This document shows positions 55,603 through 58,106 of a stretch of DNA of 58,106 bases, one piece after another. Source of the DNA: an uncultured bacterium (GTDB taxonomy: Bacteria > Abyssobacteria > SURF-5); the NCBI GenBank assembly GCA_964607485.1, contig CAZSKP010000007.1:1-58106 (forward strand), written 5' to 3'. A program made the translations under genes and the position numbers. Every line of letters begins with the position of its first letter. The stretch's first letter is position 1. The notes under the pieces were generated by a model. It made no database searches. It was not told the origin of the DNA and saw nothing but the letters and a program-made list of their open reading frames with translations.

Positions 55603-58106
55603 ATGATAAGCAGGATACGAAACCTTTCCGCGTTTTCGGAAGTTGTCGAAGGCATCCGCTCGGACAGGCCGCGCGCATGGGTGCACGGCCTGTCGGGCGC
55701 ATCGCGCCGCGTATTCGCCGGCGAGCTTGCCGGCTCGCTCGACCGCGCCATGCTCATCGTCACGCCGACCCTCGATGCGGCGGAGACGGCTCTGGGCGAC
55801 CTCGAAAGCTTCTATGACTCAAACCTGCTGTATCTGTTTCCACCCCGCGAATACCTGCCGCCCTCCGACGTTCTCCTTCCCGACCAGAGCGTTTCGGAAC
55901 GTCTTCTCGCGCTGCGGACGCTGCTGCGGGCCGCCGACACCGGAAACCGGCCGGTCATCATAGCCCCCGTGAGAGCGTTGCTCCAGTATCTGCCCCCTCC
56001 GCGGATGATCGCTCCGCTTCTGTTCAGCCTGCGAGTGGGCGAGTCGTGGCCGCTTGAGCAGTTGAGCGCCGAGCTGGTCGAGCGCGGCTACCGCAGGAGC
56101 AGCATGGTCGAGACGCGTGGCGAGTTCAGCATCAGGGGAGGAATTGTCGATATCTTTCCCATCTGCGCCGACGTTCCTTTCCGTCTCGAATTCTTTGGAG
56201 ATGATATCGAGTCGATTCGAGCTTTCGACGCGGTCACCCAGCGCTCGTTCGAGACGACTGACGAAGTGGAGCTGATGCCCCGGAACCGTTGGGTTGACTC
56301 GTCGGGTTCCCAGGACGGCGAGGCCACGCTTCTGGACTATCTGCCCCCAGACGCCGTCGTCGTGTGGGATGAGCCGCTCCTGATAGAGGACGAGGGAAGC
56401 CAGGAACATCTCGCGCCCATGTACGATGTCGCGCGCGAGAAGATGGCGACGCTGACAGAAATTCTCGGCAACGCCCGGAATCCCATGGTGTGTCTGAGCC
56501 GGTTCGACCAGAGCTCGGACACCTTCACGGGATTCGAGCGGCTGAGCGTGCAGTGCCACTCGCTCGCTCCCGTCTCCGGCCAGCTGGAGGCCTTCGTGGA
56601 GAAGCTGGGCGGATGGCTTCGCGACGGATTCCAGGCGGCGCTGGTATGCAACAACGAGGGCGAAAGCAGGCGACTGATGGAGCTCCTCCAGGATGCGGGC
56701 GAGAATCCGCATTTCAGCCCGCGATTCGACGAGCGCCATCAACTGCTCGTCACATTGGGCAGGCTGAGAAGCGGCTTTGCGATTGACGAGACGGGCTTCG
56801 TCGTCGCGAGCGACCAGGAAATCTTCAGGCGATATTCTCACCGCCGCCCCCGGAAGAAATTCAGGGGAGGGGCACCCGTCGCGCACTTCACCGACCTGCG
56901 CGTGGGCGACTACGTCGTTCATGCCGACCACGGCGTCGGCATATATCGGGGCCTCGCCTATCTGCCCAACCAGAAGAGCGAGTTCCTTGTGCTCGAATAC
57001 CTCGGCGGCGACAAGCTCTACGTTCCCGTCATCATGATGCACCTCGTGCAGAAGTACGTGGGCTCCGACGACGAGCCTCCGAAGATATACAAGCTGGGCG
57101 GAACGGCGTGGTTCCGAGTGCAGGAACGCGTGCGCCGCTCGATTCGCGACATGGCCGGCGAGCTGCTGGAGCTGCATGCGGCGCGGCAGGTTCTTCCCGG
57201 CACCTCGTTCTCGGCCGACGCCGTCTGGCAGAATGAGTTCGAGGACGCATTCATATATCGTGAGACCGACGACCAGCTTGCCGCAATCGAGGACACCAAG
57301 CGCGACATGGAACGGCCGTGTCCGATGGACCGTCTCATCTGCGGCGACGTGGGATACGGCAAGACGGAGGTGGGGCTCCGGGCGGCGTTCAAGTGCGTGA
57401 TGGATGCGCGGCAGGTGGCCGTTCTGGCGCCGACCACCATACTGGCCCAACAGCATTACACCACGTTTCGGGAGCGCCTCGCCGACTACCCCGTCCGCGT
57501 CGAGATGCTCAGCCGGTTCAAGACTGCCGGGGAACAGAGGAAAATCGTCGCCGCCTTGGCCGAAGGCAAGGTGGACATCGTCATCGGTACGCACCGGCTG
57601 GTTCAGAACGACATCACATTCAAGGACCTGGGGCTGGTCATCATCGACGAGGAGCAGCGATTCGGCGTCGCTCACAAGGAGCGGCTGAAGAGGCTTCGCA
57701 AGCTCGTGGACGTTCTCACGCTGACCGCTACGCCGATACCCCGCACGCTCCACATGGCGTTGATGGGCGTGAGAGACATGAGCACGATAAACACGCCGCC
57801 CGAGGACAGGCTCTCCGTCGTGACCGTCGTCGCCGAGTTCGGCGAGAAGCTGATTCGCGACGCGATCCTGAGGGAGATGTCCAGGGAGGGCCAGGTGTTC
57901 TTCGTGCACAACCGCGTGCAGAGCATAGCCATGGTTGCCGGCAGGCTGCGGGCTCTGGTGCCAGAGGCCGGGATAGCCGTGGCTCACGGCCAGATGCCCG
58001 AGGGCGAACTGGAGGCGGTGATGGCCGACTTCGCTCTGGGGGAGAGCGAAGTCCTGGTGTGCACCACCATTATTGAGTCGGGACTGGATATGCCCAATGT
58101 TAATAC
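55603..58106 (+). CDS. mfd: Transcription-repair coupling factor Mfd (3' truncated; absent from the ORF track)
   Basis: Frame read by hand from the ATG at 55603: GEFSIRGGIVDIF, GDYVVHADHGVG, MDRLICGDVGYGKTEV, IDEEQRFG, TATPIPRT, TTIIESGLDMPN. Confidence 0.97.
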   Translation, partial: MISRIRNLSAFSEVVEGIRSDRPRAWVHGLSGASRRVFAGELAGSLDRAMLIVTPTLDAAETALGDLESFYDSNLLYLFPPREYLPPSDVLLPDQSVSERLLALRTLLRAADTGNRPVIIAPVRALLQYLPPPRMIAPLLFSLRVGESWPLEQLSAELVERGYRRSSMVETRGEFSIRGGIVDIFPICADVPFRLEFFGDDIESIRAFDAVTQRSFETTDEVELMPRNRWVDSSGSQDGEATLLDYLPPDAVVVWDEPLLIEDEGSQEHLAPMYDVAREKMATLTEILGNARNPMVCLSRFDQSSDTFTGFERLSVQCHSLAPVSGQLEAFVEKLGGWLRDGFQAALVCNNEGESRRLMELLQDAGENPHFSPRFDERHQLLVTLGRLRSGFAIDETGFVVASDQEIFRRYSHRRPRKKFRGGAPVAHFTDLRVGDYVVHADHGVGIYRGLAYLPNQKSEFLVLEYLGGDKLYVPVIMMHLVQKYVGSDDEPPKIYKLGGTAWFRVQERVRRSIRDMAGELLELHAARQVLPGTSFSADAVWQNEFEDAFIYRETDDQLAAIEDTKRDMERPCPMDRLICGDVGYGKTEVGLRAAFKCVMDARQVAVLAPTTILAQQHYTTFRERLADYPVRVEMLSRFKTAGEQRKIVAALAEGKVDIVIGTHRLVQNDITFKDLGLVIIDEEQRFGVAHKERLKRLRKLVDVLTLTATPIPRTLHMALMGVRDMSTINTPPEDRLSVVTVVAEFGEKLIRDAILREMSREGQVFFVHNRVQSIAMVAGRLRALVPEAGIAVAHGQMPEGELEAVMADFALGESEVLVCTTIIESGLDMPNVN

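Noticed and set aside
53335-57987. Long minus-strand ORFs 53335-55302 and 55819-57987
   Set aside because: Antisense to dxs and mfd, which carry clear motifs on the plus strand.
1-58106. Prophage, integrase, transposase, defence island, tRNA or rRNA
   Set aside because: No ORF or sequence motif for any of these was recognised in the window.

Overview
High-GC chromosomal segment from what looks like an anaerobic diderm bacterium (inferred from TolC/RND, AsmA, OmpA-like, AOR and GlpAB genes; taxon not assignable from sequence alone). Housekeeping anchors are mnmG (5' truncated), rnpB (RNase P RNA), glgC, xseA-xseB-ispA-dxs and mfd (3' truncated, missing from the ORF track). Between them lie a short ModE plus ModABC oxyanion transporter, a TolC-MFP-RND pump, glpAB without glpC, a ferredoxin-AOR-CoA-binding-CMD operon, two membrane-fused spermidine-synthase-like methyltransferases, an HDOD plus pseudo-receiver sigma-54 activator module, a CdaA-YbbR fusion and several genes of unknown function. 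I found no transposase, integrase, phage gene, CRISPR array, rRNA or tRNA. The intergenic DNA nevertheless holds several families of short palindromic elements: GTAG-REP doublets, GTCAT...ATGAC elements and a GGGGACAT/ATGTCCCC element. Best candidates for new biology: (1) a single-pass VWA-Ig-like-TM-degenerate FHA-DUF6982-like transmembrane protein with a long structured leader; (2) the kinase-less HDOD/pseudo-receiver sigma-54 module with a downstream lipoprotein; (3) a 1.4-kb islet bounded by a duplicated mod promoter/operator; (4) a stand-alone 8-Cys micro-protein upstream of glgC. All family assignments come from motif recognition by eye, not database searches.
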